Counted from the first letter of the stretch, positions 19,427 through 28,933 are shown. The stretch is DNA of 64,000 nt from a bacterium (GCA_024641325.1 JAHEDJ010000002.1:74365-138364); one strand, 5' to 3'. Notes: generated by a model not told the origin, from the letters alone. Program-made: numbers and translations.

Positions 19427-19657
19427 CCAGAGTCCTTCCTTCGTGGGTTATTGTGCCACGCATCGATGGTGCTTTGGGCGATCAGGACCGCTGAAACATG
19501 GAGTCCGGGAGATTTTGTCGGTCTCCTGGTGTTGCTGATCGTCCTTCTTGCGGCTGGTTACTGGCTACGTCGGGCTCGCAACCACAGGGATTGAGCTCCT
19601 CTCGCGATTCGCAAACCGCGCTTCTTTCCTGTCACATGCCGCCGATAAGATCGCCGC

Positions 19658-20947
19658 ATGACTTTTCATTGCGGCGAATGTGGCTACCGATCAGGCAAGT
19701 GGATGGGGTTCTGCCCCCAGTGTCGATCGGACGCCGGTTTGGTCGAGGATGACCGGGCTCGAAATCCCCGACCCCTTCCGACTCCGGTCCCGCTTTCGGC
19801 TGCCGGCAACAAGAACGTAGTACGAGCGGCCGTTGGGATTGCCGAGATCGACAGGGTGCTCGGCGGCGGCCTGGTACCCGGCTCAGTTGTGCTCGTGGGC
19901 GGCGAGCCCGGTGTCGGCAAGTCGACCCTGCTCCTCCAGGTGGCCGGGAGTCTTGCGAGGGCAGGCAGAAAGGTGTTGGTCGCGACTGCCGAGGAGTCCG
20001 AGGATCAGGTGGGGCTGCGGGCCCGTCGGCTCGATGTGATCGACGATGATGTCTTCCTCCTCGCAGAGGAGGATGTTGATGCCGTCATTGCAGCTACCGA
20101 AGAGTTGCGTCCTGATGTACTGATAGTCGACTCGATTCAGGCTGTGAGTGTCGCCGAGGTCGGGAGCGGAGCGGGCTCTGTGGCTCAGGTTCGTGAATGC
20201 GGTGCTCGCCTCACGAGGTTCGCGAAGGAGGAGGACGTCGCGGTGATATTGGTTGGTCATGTCACCAAGGACGGTGGGATCGCCGGGCCCAAACTTCTCG
20301 AGCATATGGTTGACGTTGTGTTGTACCTCGAGGGGGAGTCCGACCGGGGTTTACGTACCCTACGCAGCCTCAAGAATCGATTCGGCGCCACCCACGTCGT
20401 TGGACTCTTCGAAATGGCGACGAGCGGCCTCACCGAGGTTGCTGATCCATCTGCGGTCTTCCTGGCAGGTTGGCGCCATGCCGTGGCGGGATCCGTGGTG
20501 GTGCCCGCAGTCCAGGGCCGCCGGCCGGTGCTGGTCGAAGTTCAGGCTCTCGTCGCCCCCACGAGGCTCGTCCAACCGCGCCGCAGCACACGCGGCTTGG
20601 AAGCCGCACGCCTTCACCAATTGCTCGCGGTCCTGGCCCGTCATGGAGGTGTCCCGTTCGACGATCGCGAGGTCTATGTCGGCCTCGTTGGTGGCCTGCG
20701 CGTAGTCGAGCCGGCGATCGACGTGCCGGTGGCTCTGGCGTTGGTTTCGTCGCTACTCGATGAGCCGCTCGGCAAGCTGGCCGCATGGGGTGAGGTTGGG
20801 CTTACCGGGGAAATCAGAGCGGTGCCTCACGAATCTCGACGCCGGGAGGAAGCCCAACGGTTGGGAGTTGAGCGCATCGTTTCTCCTTCCGACGTTGCCT
20901 CATTGTCGGAAGCGCTGGAGTGGGCAGGCCTGACTCCCGGTAGCTGA
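19658..20947 (+). CDS. radA: DNA repair protein RadA/Sms.
   Basis: Has an N-terminal C4 zinc finger, Walker A GEPGVGKST, the KNRFG motif and a Lon-like C-terminus. A TAAGAT -10 lies 6 nt before the ATG, so the transcript is probably leaderless. Confidence 0.9.
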   Translation: MTFHCGECGYRSGKWMGFCPQCRSDAGLVEDDRARNPRPLPTPVPLSAAGNKNVVRAAVGIAEIDRVLGGGLVPGSVVLVGGEPGVGKSTLLLQVAGSLARAGRKVLVATAEESEDQVGLRARRLDVIDDDVFLLAEEDVDAVIAATEELRPDVLIVDSIQAVSVAEVGSGAGSVAQVRECGARLTRFAKEEDVAVILVGHVTKDGGIAGPKLLEHMVDVVLYLEGESDRGLRTLRSLKNRFGATHVVGLFEMATSGLTEVADPSAVFLAGWRHAVAGSVVVPAVQGRRPVLVEVQALVAPTRLVQPRRSTRGLEAARLHQLLAVLARHGGVPFDDREVYVGLVGGLRVVEPAIDVPVALALVSSLLDEPLGKLAAWGEVGLTGEIRAVPHESRRREEAQRLGVERIVSPSDVASLSEALEWAGLTPGS

Positions 20948-20953
20948 TCGCGA

Positions 20954-20993
20954 GCTGCTACCTGCCACCTGCCACCTGTTACCTGCTACCTCC
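20954..20993. repeat. Tandem heptamer array (GCTGCTA CCTGCCA CCTGCCA CCTGTTA CCTGCTA CCTCC) in the radA-disA spacer.
   Basis: Direct read of five to six 7-mers with consensus CCTGCYA. Confidence 0.8.
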
Positions 20994-21021
20994 CCGGCAC
21001 GTGTAGTACCCTCTGCAGGAA

Positions 21022-22089
21022 ATGTCTGGCCCCGTCACTCTTCACCAGGTTCTCGAACGCTTGGCACCGGGAACTCCGCTTAGACAAGCCGTCGAGCGCA
21101 CCATCCAGCAGCGAAACGGCGCGCTCGTCATCCTCGGTTTCGATTCGACCGTCGAGGGACTCTGCAGTGGCGGTTTCGAACTCGCCAACTCTGTGTTCAC
21201 CCCTGCCAAGCTCGCCGAACTGGCGAAGATGGACGGGGCAATCGTGATGAACAACGCCGGCGATCAGATACTCCGCGCCAACGTGCACCTCTTGCCGGAT
21301 CCGAAATATGGTACGGATGAGACCGGCGCCCGCCATCGGACTGCCGAACGAACGGCCCAGCACACCGGCAAGCCGGTGCTCAGCGTGAGCGAGGACCGTC
21401 GTACAGCGACCCTGTTCATCGACGGAACGAAGCACGAACTTCTGAGCCCGACTCTGGTGGCCGCCAGTGTCAATCAATCCCTCCAGACTCTCGATCGCTT
21501 CCGGAGACGGCTAGACGACGCAGAAGAGATCCTCACTCGCTCGGAGATTGCGGATCTCGTCACGTTCCGCACGGTTCTCGCGGTGCTGCAGCGATCAGAG
21601 TTGGTCCGAAGGATCGGTCAGGAAATCAAGCAGGACGCGGTTGGCCTTGGCGAAGAGGGAAGTCTGATTTCCCTCCAGATCGCCGATCTGATTCATGGGG
21701 TCGACGAGCTTCGACAGCTCATTCTGGCGGACTATGTTCGCCCTAATCGTCGCAGTCGCGTTCAAGGAGCGCTAAGCGACCTCGAGGCTATCCCGACGGC
21801 AGATCTCACCAGCGCCGAAGCCGTGGCTCAGGCGCTCGGCCTTGATGAGCCGGATAACGAGGCGAAGGCCCGCGGGGTGCGGCTCTTGTCACAGGTTCCC
21901 AGGCTGCCCGACACCGTTCGGACGGCCATAGTCCGGCATTTCCGCAATCTCCAAGGGCTGCTCGCTGCTTCGGCGGCCGATCTCGAGCGAGTGGAAGGTG
22001 TGGGGGCCGCCCGCGCTGAACAGATTCGACAGTTCTTCGATCGGATGCAGGACCGAACACAGATGTGGCAGTCAACCTTCCCCGACTGA
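21022..22089 (+). CDS. disA: DNA integrity scanning protein DisA (diadenylate cyclase).
   Basis: Has DAC-domain motifs (DGAIVM, RHRTAERTAQHTG) and a C-terminal HhH, and follows radA as in Bacillus and Mycobacterium. Confidence 0.9.
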   Translation: MSGPVTLHQVLERLAPGTPLRQAVERTIQQRNGALVILGFDSTVEGLCSGGFELANSVFTPAKLAELAKMDGAIVMNNAGDQILRANVHLLPDPKYGTDETGARHRTAERTAQHTGKPVLSVSEDRRTATLFIDGTKHELLSPTLVAASVNQSLQTLDRFRRRLDDAEEILTRSEIADLVTFRTVLAVLQRSELVRRIGQEIKQDAVGLGEEGSLISLQIADLIHGVDELRQLILADYVRPNRRSRVQGALSDLEAIPTADLTSAEAVAQALGLDEPDNEAKARGVRLLSQVPRLPDTVRTAIVRHFRNLQGLLAASAADLERVEGVGAARAEQIRQFFDRMQDRTQMWQSTFPD

Positions 22090-22139
22090 CGGGCTGGGGC
22101 CGACGCGAGGTACACTGACTCGCCCCTACGAGAGTTTCC

Positions 22140-22997
22140 ATGGCCACGAAGAAAACCCCTGCAACTGAGAAGCCTGCCGCCAAGAAGGCTGCGGCGAAAA
22201 AGCCTGCTGCCAAGAAGACTGCCGCGGCAGCCAAGCCCGCTGCGTCCAAGAAGGCAGCCGTTGCCAAATCTGGTACTAAGGCGGCGGGAGTGAAGAAGCC
22301 TGCTGCTAAGAAGACTGCCGCGGCAGCCAAGCCCGCTGCGTCCGAGAAGGCAGCCGTTGCCAAATCTGGTACTAAGGCGGCGGCAGTGAAGAAGCCTGCT
22401 GCTAAGAAGACCGCGGCCGCTCCGACGGCTGCTGCCAAAAAGGCGGCCGGTGCTGAGGCTACCGGCAAGGCAGCAGCACCGCGACGTAAGAAGAAGACGT
22501 CGCCGTTCAGCGTGGGCGACAAGGTAGTTCATCCACATCATGGAGCCGCCGTGATTACGAAGAAGGTCAAGCAGGAAGTCGCCGGGGAGAAGCGGGACTA
22601 TTTCGTTCTCGCGATCGCTACCGACCAGCTCACCGTCTTTGTCCCTATCGACAACATCGAGGACACGATTCGGCCGGTCATCTCCAAAGCTGCGGCCAAG
22701 CGTGTCTTTCAGCTCTTCAAGGACGAACCACAGGAAGCCGGCAGCAACTGGTCGCGTTGGTACAAGGTCCTGAACGAGAAGATGACGAGCGGCGATATCT
22801 ACCAGGTTGCTGAAGTCGTCCGGGACCTGACGTTCGCTCAGCAGACCAAAGGCATCTCGCCCGCACTCAAGCGCATGTTGAGCAAGGCCCGTCTCACGCT
22901 CACCAGCGAACTCCAGTTTGCGCTGGCCATTGATGACGAAGAGGCGACCAAGAGGCTCGATCGAGCACTTCCCAAAGTAGAGACCGAAGAAAGTTAG
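22140..22997 (+). CDS. carD: CarD/CdnL-family RNAP-binding transcription regulator carrying an N-terminal histone-H1-like AKKA-repeat extension of about 125 aa.
   Basis: The CarD N-domain FSVGDKVVHPHHGAAVITKK...DYFVLAIATDQLTVFVPIDNIE is preceded by the lysine/alanine repeat AAKKPAAKKTAAAAKPA. Confidence 0.85.
   Translation: MATKKTPATEKPAAKKAAAKKPAAKKTAAAAKPAASKKAAVAKSGTKAAGVKKPAAKKTAAAAKPAASEKAAVAKSGTKAAAVKKPAAKKTAAAPTAAAKKAAGAEATGKAAAPRRKKKTSPFSVGDKVVHPHHGAAVITKKVKQEVAGEKRDYFVLAIATDQLTVFVPIDNIEDTIRPVISKAAAKRVFQLFKDEPQEAGSNWSRWYKVLNEKMTSGDIYQVAEVVRDLTFAQQTKGISPALKRMLSKARLTLTSELQFALAIDDEEATKRLDRALPKVETEES
22200..22391. repeat. 96-bp tandem direct repeat (x2, plus a 19-bp partial third copy) inside carD.
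   Basis: Units 22200-22295 and 22296-22391 differ at 3 of 96 positions; each encodes KPAAKKTAAAAKPAAS(K/E)KAAVAKSGTKAA(G/A)VK. Confidence 0.9.
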
Positions 22998-23008
22998 GGA
23001 GGACCGCT

Positions 23009-24073
23009 GTGGTCGTTGAGGCCGTTCGCCTGCTGATCACGTTGGTCCTGACCGCCGTCGGCTTCCAGCTCGGAGATGCCCTTTCCGACCGATATCCGGA
23101 GGTTATGGGGTTGTCCGATACAGCCTCCGTGGTCGGCGCAGTGCTGGGTGCCGGAGTGGGCTATGTCGGTGGCGGTATGTTCGGCCGTGCCTTTCGCACC
23201 CGTCTGGAGGTCGCGCCGGAGCGTTTGGTGGCACGAGTGTCGGGACCAAGCCTGTTTGCCGGCGCATTCGGGGTTGTAACCGGCTTGCTCGTGGGGATTG
23301 TCTTCTCGATTCCCGTCGTCCTGTTTCTTCCGCCGGCGATTGGCTGGCCGCTGGCGGCACTCGTCGTGTTGCTGCTCATCTTGATAGCAGTCCGGGTCTT
23401 CATGGCGCGCGCCGAGGATCTGCTCGCGGTAGCGGGTCTGCGCAGCCGGGGACCCTTGCGAGGCGTCAGTCTCGAGGAGGATGAGCGGGCACATCTAATC
23501 GACTCTTCTGCGGCCATCGACGGTCGCCTGCTTGCGCTCGTGCAAACCGGCCTGGTGGAAGGCAGATTGTGGGTCCCGGCCTTCGTCGTCGACGAGCTGC
23601 AGGGGCTCGCCGACGCTGGTGACGCTGGTCTCCGCAGGCGCGGGCGTCGGGGCCTCGAGGCACTCGAAGCGCTGCACGGCGCTACTTCCGAGTTCATGGT
23701 TCTCGAAGAGGCCGTGCCGGAGTTCGAGGATGTCGACGCCAAACTGCTCCAACTCGCTTCCCGGGCCGGCGCCCGCCTGGTCACGACCGACTACAACCTT
23801 TCCAAGGCGGCGGAACTGCGCGGCATAGTCGTTCTCAATCCGAGCGTTCTGGGGGAGAAGCTGAAGCCGATTGTGAGCACCGGGGAGACCCTCACTGTGA
23901 CCGTTTCCAAGCCCGGCAAGGGAGCCGGGCAGGGTGTCGCCTATCTGGACGACGGGACGATGGTGGTCGTGGAGGAGGCCGGCAAACTGGTGGGTCAGGA
24001 CATCGAGGTGGTCGTGACGAGTACTACCAGGACGGCTGTGGGCCGTATGTTGTTTGCCCGCCCCGCTTCATGA
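23009..24073 (+). CDS. PIN and TRAM domain membrane protein, YacL-like.
   Basis: N-terminal transmembrane helices are followed by a PIN-like domain and a C-terminal TRAM beta-barrel (GETLTVTVSKPGKGAGQGVAYLDDGTMVVV). Its position between disA/carD and ispD matches B. subtilis yacL. Confidence 0.7.
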   Translation: MVVEAVRLLITLVLTAVGFQLGDALSDRYPEVMGLSDTASVVGAVLGAGVGYVGGGMFGRAFRTRLEVAPERLVARVSGPSLFAGAFGVVTGLLVGIVFSIPVVLFLPPAIGWPLAALVVLLLILIAVRVFMARAEDLLAVAGLRSRGPLRGVSLEEDERAHLIDSSAAIDGRLLALVQTGLVEGRLWVPAFVVDELQGLADAGDAGLRRRGRRGLEALEALHGATSEFMVLEEAVPEFEDVDAKLLQLASRAGARLVTTDYNLSKAAELRGIVVLNPSVLGEKLKPIVSTGETLTVTVSKPGKGAGQGVAYLDDGTMVVVEEAGKLVGQDIEVVVTSTTRTAVGRMLFARPAS

Positions 24074-24675
24074 GTATCTCGGGCATCGTTGTTGCCGCAG
24101 GTTTAGGGCGTCGGTTCGGCGCCATGAAGCAACATGTAGAACTCGATGGTGTGCCTCTATGGCAATGGGCGCGGAGGGCGCTAATCGAGGGTGGCGTCGA
24201 CGAAGTCGTTGTCGTTGGTCCGGTCGAGGGTGGCATTGCCGGCGGGGAGCGCAGGCGTGACTCTGTTGCGGCCGGGCTTGGAGAGATATCCGATCAGGCC
24301 ACGTTCGTTCTCGTGCATGATGCGGCTCGGCCGCTTGCAAGCGCCGATCTGGTCGGTCGCGTCATCAAACGCCTGGAACAGGGAGATGTTGACGGCGTAG
24401 TTCCGGTTGTTCCCGTCCGGGACACGTTGAAGGAAGTTTCCGGGCAGGACATTGTCTGCACCGTTGATCGGCTGAACCTGGTCACGGCACAGACACCTCA
24501 AGGGTTCCGTGTCTCGACACTCGCTCGGGCGCATGCATCAATCACTGGAGATGCCAGCGACGATGCGTCGATGGTCGAGGCTGTCGGCGGCACCGTTGCC
24601 TGGGTGACCGGCCATCCGGGTAATTTGAAGCTGACTTATCCAGAGGACCTGAAGGTATTGGAGGCCCTGTTGTGA
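24070..24675 (+). CDS. ispD: 2-C-methyl-D-erythritol 4-phosphate cytidylyltransferase.
   Basis: Has VAAGLGRRFG and the VHDAARP motif. At 201 aa it is short for IspD, so the start is uncertain. Confidence 0.8.
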   Translation: MSISGIVVAAGLGRRFGAMKQHVELDGVPLWQWARRALIEGGVDEVVVVGPVEGGIAGGERRRDSVAAGLGEISDQATFVLVHDAARPLASADLVGRVIKRLEQGDVDGVVPVVPVRDTLKEVSGQDIVCTVDRLNLVTAQTPQGFRVSTLARAHASITGDASDDASMVEAVGGTVAWVTGHPGNLKLTYPEDLKVLEALL

Positions 24676-25151
24676 CCAGTGTCGGTTGGGGTTATGACGT
24701 TCATGCCTTTGGCGGGCTCGGACCACTGGTGCTGGCGGGTGTGATCATCGATCCAGATCGCGGATTGGCCGGGACATCTGATGCAGACGTGGTGGCGCAC
24801 GCCGTCTGTGATGCACTCCTCGGTGCGGCCGCCCTGGGTGATCTGGGTCAACTGTTCCCTTCTTCCGACCCTCGGTGGCTGGGTGCCGATTCGATGGCAT
24901 TGCTCGGCGATGTGGTCACTCGCTTCGTCGGCGCCGGGTTCGGCGTCTTGCATCTCGACGTGTCTGTGGTTGCAGAGCGGGTTCGAATCGCGCCGCACCG
25001 AACTGCCATGCGGGAGCGTCTGGCGGCGACGGTGGAGGTCGGAATCGAGAGAGTCTCTGTCAAAGCGACAACGACAGACGGCCTCGGTTTCGTCGGCCGT
25101 GACGAGGGATTGGCCGCCGTGGCGGTGGTGACCGCCTCTAGACCCGCCTAG
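24672..25151 (+). CDS. ispF: 2-C-methyl-D-erythritol 2,4-cyclodiphosphate synthase.
   Basis: Has GYDVHAF, SDADVVAHAVCDALLGA and the GDLG motif at 159 aa. Confidence 0.9.
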   Translation: MTSVGWGYDVHAFGGLGPLVLAGVIIDPDRGLAGTSDADVVAHAVCDALLGAAALGDLGQLFPSSDPRWLGADSMALLGDVVTRFVGAGFGVLHLDVSVVAERVRIAPHRTAMRERLAATVEVGIERVSVKATTTDGLGFVGRDEGLAAVAVVTASRPA

Positions 25152-25164
25152 CATCCGACCCCGC

Positions 25165-26565
25165 ATGCAGTTCTTCAACACACTCGGTCGGACCCTCGAA
25201 ACGTTCGTCCCGCGCGATCCGGGCAAGGTCTCGATGTATGTCTGCGGCCCCACCGTGCAATCGGAACCTCACCTGGGTCATGGACGCGCGGCTGTGGCGT
25301 TCGACGTGATTCGTCGTTACTTGCGGTGGCGAGGATTTGAGGTGACACATGTTCAAAACGTCACCGACATCGAAGACAAGATCATCGCCGCGGCAAACGA
25401 ACGTGGGATGCCGGTAGCCGACCTCGCCGCTGAGATGACCGCACGCTTTGATGCTGCCTATCGCAGCCTCGGGGTCGAACGACCCGATATCGAGCCCCGG
25501 GCAACAGAGCATATCGACCAGATGCTCGACCTCATCTCGACTCTCATCGAGCGCGGTCTGGCATATCCCGCCGGCGGGGACGTCTACTTCTCCGTTCGCT
25601 CCCTGCCTGGATACGGGAAGCTCTCTGGCAGGAACCTGGACGACCTCCTGGCAGGTGCGCGCGTCGCAGTGGGTGAGGACAAGAGAGACCCTCTCGACTT
25701 TGCCCTGTGGAAGGGAGCCAAAGAGGGAGAACCCCAGTGGGATTCTCCGTGGGGCCCCGGTCGACCCGGCTGGCATATCGAGTGCTCGGCAATGGCGGCT
25801 GAGTACCTGGGGGATGGCTTCGACATTCACGGCGGGGGAGTGGACCTTGTCTTCCCGCATCACGAGAACGAGATCGCCCAATCTGAGGGCGCAGGGGCTG
25901 CTTCCTTCGCTCGCTACTGGCTGCACAACGAGATGTTGAACCTGGGCGGAGAGAAGATGGCCAAGTCCACCGGTCACGTCATCGACCTCGCCACGGCCAT
26001 CCGTCGGTTCGGGGGGCCAACGGTGCGGCTCTTCTACCTGCGCGCTCACTATCGGTCGCCGCTCGAGTATTCGGAGCAACTACTCGATGACGCCGGAGCG
26101 TCGCTGGAGCGGTTGCAGGCCTTTCGCCGGCGTTCGGCCGCCGGCGAGTCTCCGGCGGACCCGGAGCTGATGGAACGGTTCACCATTGCCATGGACGATG
26201 ACTTCAACACGCCGGACGCCCTCGCCGTTGTCTTTGAGGCGGTGAAGGAAGGAAATCGCCGGCTCGACGAGGGCCTCGATGCCGGTCCGACGATCGCCGC
26301 GTTTTCCTCGATGATCGACGTCCTCGGCCTCGATCTGACGGAATCAGGTGGGGATGATTTGGGGACGCTGCTCGGCGTGATCGCCAGACGATTCGGTGTG
26401 ACGGGCCGGTCGATCGAAGACATCATGGCTGGTCTTCTGGCATTGCGAGCCCAGGCGAGAGGTGAGCGGGACTGGGTGACCTCCGATGGCATTCGGGACG
26501 AACTAGCCGGTATCGGAGTGATTGTGGAGGATGCGGTCGATGGTGCCCGCTGGCATCGGGGATAG
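25165..26565 (+). CDS. cysS: Cysteinyl-tRNA synthetase.
   Basis: Has CGPTV, HLGHGR (HIGH) and KMAKSTG (KMSKS) at 466 aa. Confidence 0.9.
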   Translation: MQFFNTLGRTLETFVPRDPGKVSMYVCGPTVQSEPHLGHGRAAVAFDVIRRYLRWRGFEVTHVQNVTDIEDKIIAAANERGMPVADLAAEMTARFDAAYRSLGVERPDIEPRATEHIDQMLDLISTLIERGLAYPAGGDVYFSVRSLPGYGKLSGRNLDDLLAGARVAVGEDKRDPLDFALWKGAKEGEPQWDSPWGPGRPGWHIECSAMAAEYLGDGFDIHGGGVDLVFPHHENEIAQSEGAGAASFARYWLHNEMLNLGGEKMAKSTGHVIDLATAIRRFGGPTVRLFYLRAHYRSPLEYSEQLLDDAGASLERLQAFRRRSAAGESPADPELMERFTIAMDDDFNTPDALAVVFEAVKEGNRRLDEGLDAGPTIAAFSSMIDVLGLDLTESGGDDLGTLLGVIARRFGVTGRSIEDIMAGLLALRAQARGERDWVTSDGIRDELAGIGVIVEDAVDGARWHRG

Positions 26566-27262
26566 CGTCGAAGGCGTTCACGCGGTGCGGGCGGCGCTCG
26601 CAGCAGGGCGCGTTGACAAACTGCTGGTCGACCGGCGCCGTCGAGATGACGTCGACGACATGATCGGTACGTCGGGAGTCCCATTCGAGTTTGTCGACGA
26701 TATTCGGGCCCACGCGAGGACTGAGGTTCCGCAAGGGTTTGTGGCTCGATGCCGTCCGATCGCAACGGTCTCGCTGGAAGAGGCGATAGGGCTCACCGAT
26801 CCACCCGCTTTGATGGTGCTCGATCACGTGGAGGATCCACACAATCTCGGGGCTGTGGCGCGTTCGGCGCGCGCCGCCGGTGTACCTTCGATCGTTGTCG
26901 GTGGGCGGAGATCCGCACCTATCGGGGCGGTGGCGTTCAAGGCGGCCGCCGGTGCCCTGGAGCAAGTGCGAGTGTGCATCGTCAACTCGATCCCGGACGG
27001 GGTGGCCAGACTGAAGAGGGCGGGAGTGTGGACGGTTGGACTGTCTGCACACGCTTCAGACAGTCTCTTCGGCCTGCCGCTTCTCACCGAGCCCGTCGCC
27101 GTCATTGCCGGAGCTGAGGGCAAGGGCTTGAGCCGGCTCGTGGAAGAACGGGTCGACGTGCGGGCCTCGATTCCGATGACCTCCGGTGCCGAGAGCCTCA
27201 ACGTCTCGGTGGCATCCGCGTTGGCGATGTTTGAGATAGGCAGAGCGCGCGGAAATCTATGA
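26540..27262 (+). CDS. rlmB: SpoU/TrmH-family 23S rRNA 2'-O-methyltransferase, RlmB-like.
   Basis: Has an N-terminal substrate-binding region ([12 protein letters not shown]) and SPOUT motifs (LDHVEDPHNLGAVARSA, GAEGKGLS, ESLNVSVA). It overlaps the cysS end, and the track ATG at 26522 is an alternative start. Confidence 0.75.
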   Translation: MVPAGIGDSVEGVHAVRAALAAGRVDKLLVDRRRRDDVDDMIGTSGVPFEFVDDIRAHARTEVPQGFVARCRPIATVSLEEAIGLTDPPALMVLDHVEDPHNLGAVARSARAAGVPSIVVGGRRSAPIGAVAFKAAAGALEQVRVCIVNSIPDGVARLKRAGVWTVGLSAHASDSLFGLPLLTEPVAVIAGAEGKGLSRLVEERVDVRASIPMTSGAESLNVSVASALAMFEIGRARGNL

Positions 27263-27376
27263 CGTTATGCGAGTCAAGTACCGCAACTCTGTTCCGTTGC
27301 GAATCTGCACTTGCCATGGCTCCTAGCTTCAAACTCAACACTCATGACCGCGCAAATCATGGGGTTCGCCGTCCGA

Positions 27377-28015
27377 TCAGGTGGTCACATCCGGTGTCGG
27401 CAGTGGTTGTCGATGACTGGGCCCCAGCATCGCTTTGGCGAACTCGCCCCAAACTTGCGCCATCCCGTTGATGACGTGGAGTAGAACAAACCCGACCAGG
27501 ACGGCCAACACTGCCAGGATGATCGCCTCACCCAATGTGTCGATTACCCACACTTCGTCCATCCATTCACGGCCGTCCAGGAACCAGGACCGCTCGTAGA
27601 AGAATGGTGTGGCGATCAGAGCGAATACCGAGGCTGTAAAGGTGATCATCACAAAGGAAACGATCCCGAAGGCGAACTCGGTAAACAGGTAGAAAACCCG
27701 TTTCCATGTCTCCGAACTCGTCACCAGGGCCTTGACTTTGGGCCACAATCCACCGTTGACCTCCAGTCGATGGGATGGCGGCGTATCTTGGCCGAGGAGG
27801 AGGTTGGTGGTGGTTCGTTCGAATTCGCCCATGCCGTATGCGGCTGCCAGCACCCCCACCAGGATGGGCATTCCCAGCAAGGTGATGAACAATCCGAATC
27901 CCAGTGACAGGCCGGTCACGAGGAACACGAAATAGAATATCCCCAGCGGGAAGGTCAACAAAAGGTATCCGACGTTTTTCCACGTCTGTGGTTTGGCTAC
28001 GACATCAAAGAACAC
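27377..28015 (-). CDS. Four-transmembrane sensor-domain-like membrane protein (actinobacterial 'putative sensor' family).
   Basis: Has two transmembrane hairpins (LLTFPLGIFYFVFLVTGLSLGFGLFITLLGMPILVGVL and a second pair). Family assignment rests on pattern memory only. Confidence 0.45.
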   Translation of the reverse strand: MFFDVVAKPQTWKNVGYLLLTFPLGIFYFVFLVTGLSLGFGLFITLLGMPILVGVLAAAYGMGEFERTTTNLLLGQDTPPSHRLEVNGGLWPKVKALVTSSETWKRVFYLFTEFAFGIVSFVMITFTASVFALIATPFFYERSWFLDGREWMDEVWVIDTLGEAIILAVLAVLVGFVLLHVINGMAQVWGEFAKAMLGPSHRQPLPTPDVTT

Positions 28016-28174
28016 TGCGAACCTCCTCTCAGTGACCCTACGCCGAAATCGATTCGCCTGATTCGTACATGAGGGGCCGGCTGGTCGGCCGGCCGCACGT
28101 CCCTGGAGAGCATTACGGCCCTGTCGGTCGCACCGTCTGCCCTGATACCCTTATGGAACTCGGCTCGCCCGGCT

Positions 28175-28933
28175 TTGCCGATTCATCCTCCGTGGGATGA
28201 GGTGACGGAACTGCGGGAGCAGATTCCCGTGGCTTATCGAATTGAGGCGGTGCGGACCGTGTGCTTTTCCCCCGAGGCGGATCTCATCGCCGGAATCGTC
28301 ATCACCGCCATCGGTGTTGACACCCTTCGCAGCGTCGAGCATCCAGCCGAGCGACCGTTGGCTCTACTCCCCTTGATCTTCGGGGCTCATCAGCTGATTG
28401 AAACGGTCGTCTGGTGGGGGGTTGATGGCTGTGTCGGAGAAGGCGCCTCGCAGTGGTCCACCTGGCTCTATCTGGCCATCGCGTTCGGCCTGCTTCCCTG
28501 GTTCGTTCCATGGGCAGTGCAGCGGATCGAGCCGCGGCCCCGGAGAAGGTCACTGATGGTGCAACTGACAGTTCTCGGAGCGGCCGTCAGTGTGATCTTG
28601 ATGTGGGCTCTTTCCCTCGGGACTGTCGAAGTCGCCGATGCCGGATATCACCTCGATTACTCGGTTCCCATCTCGTACGGTGGCCTCGTCGTCGCGCTGT
28701 ACGTCGCCGCCACGTGCGGATCACTTCTCCTGTCTTCCGACCGGTATTTGGCGATCTACGGAGCAGGCAACCTCATGGTCGTTGCTGCACTTTCGGTTCT
28801 GCTCTATACGGGCGTCATATCGCTCTGGTGTGTATGGGCTGCGATCACCAGTGTGGCCATTGCGGTGCACCTGCGACGGACCGACTCACATCGAAATCGG
28901 CTTCGAGTGATCAGCGTAGGCCAAGGCGGATAG
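28175..28933 (+). CDS. Polytopic membrane protein of unknown function.
   Basis: A long ORF with about 6 hydrophobic helices and GC3-rich codon usage. Confidence 0.45.
   Translation: MPIHPPWDEVTELREQIPVAYRIEAVRTVCFSPEADLIAGIVITAIGVDTLRSVEHPAERPLALLPLIFGAHQLIETVVWWGVDGCVGEGASQWSTWLYLAIAFGLLPWFVPWAVQRIEPRPRRRSLMVQLTVLGAAVSVILMWALSLGTVEVADAGYHLDYSVPISYGGLVVALYVAATCGSLLLSSDRYLAIYGAGNLMVVAALSVLLYTGVISLWCVWAAITSVAIAVHLRRTDSHRNRLRVISVGQGG

Noticed and set aside
19641-19648. An exact GCCGATAA (sigma-28/WhiG -10 consensus) sits 9 nt upstream of the radA ATG. A GCCGATAG sits about 40 nt upstream of clpC. Both are tempting as targets of the window's FliA-like sigma.
   Set aside because: No TAAA-type -35 lies at the proper 15-16 bp spacing. 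The same bases form an ordinary housekeeping-type TANNNT -10 (TAAGAT) placed 6 nt before the ATG, which fits a leaderless radA transcript. It is most parsimoniously a coincidence.
21806-22541. Two long minus-strand ORFs (237-238 aa) antisense to carD.
   Set aside because: These are a reverse-complement artefact of the Ala/Lys-rich repeat region (poly-Ala, Gly and Leu translations). The plus-strand CarD frame has clear domain homology.
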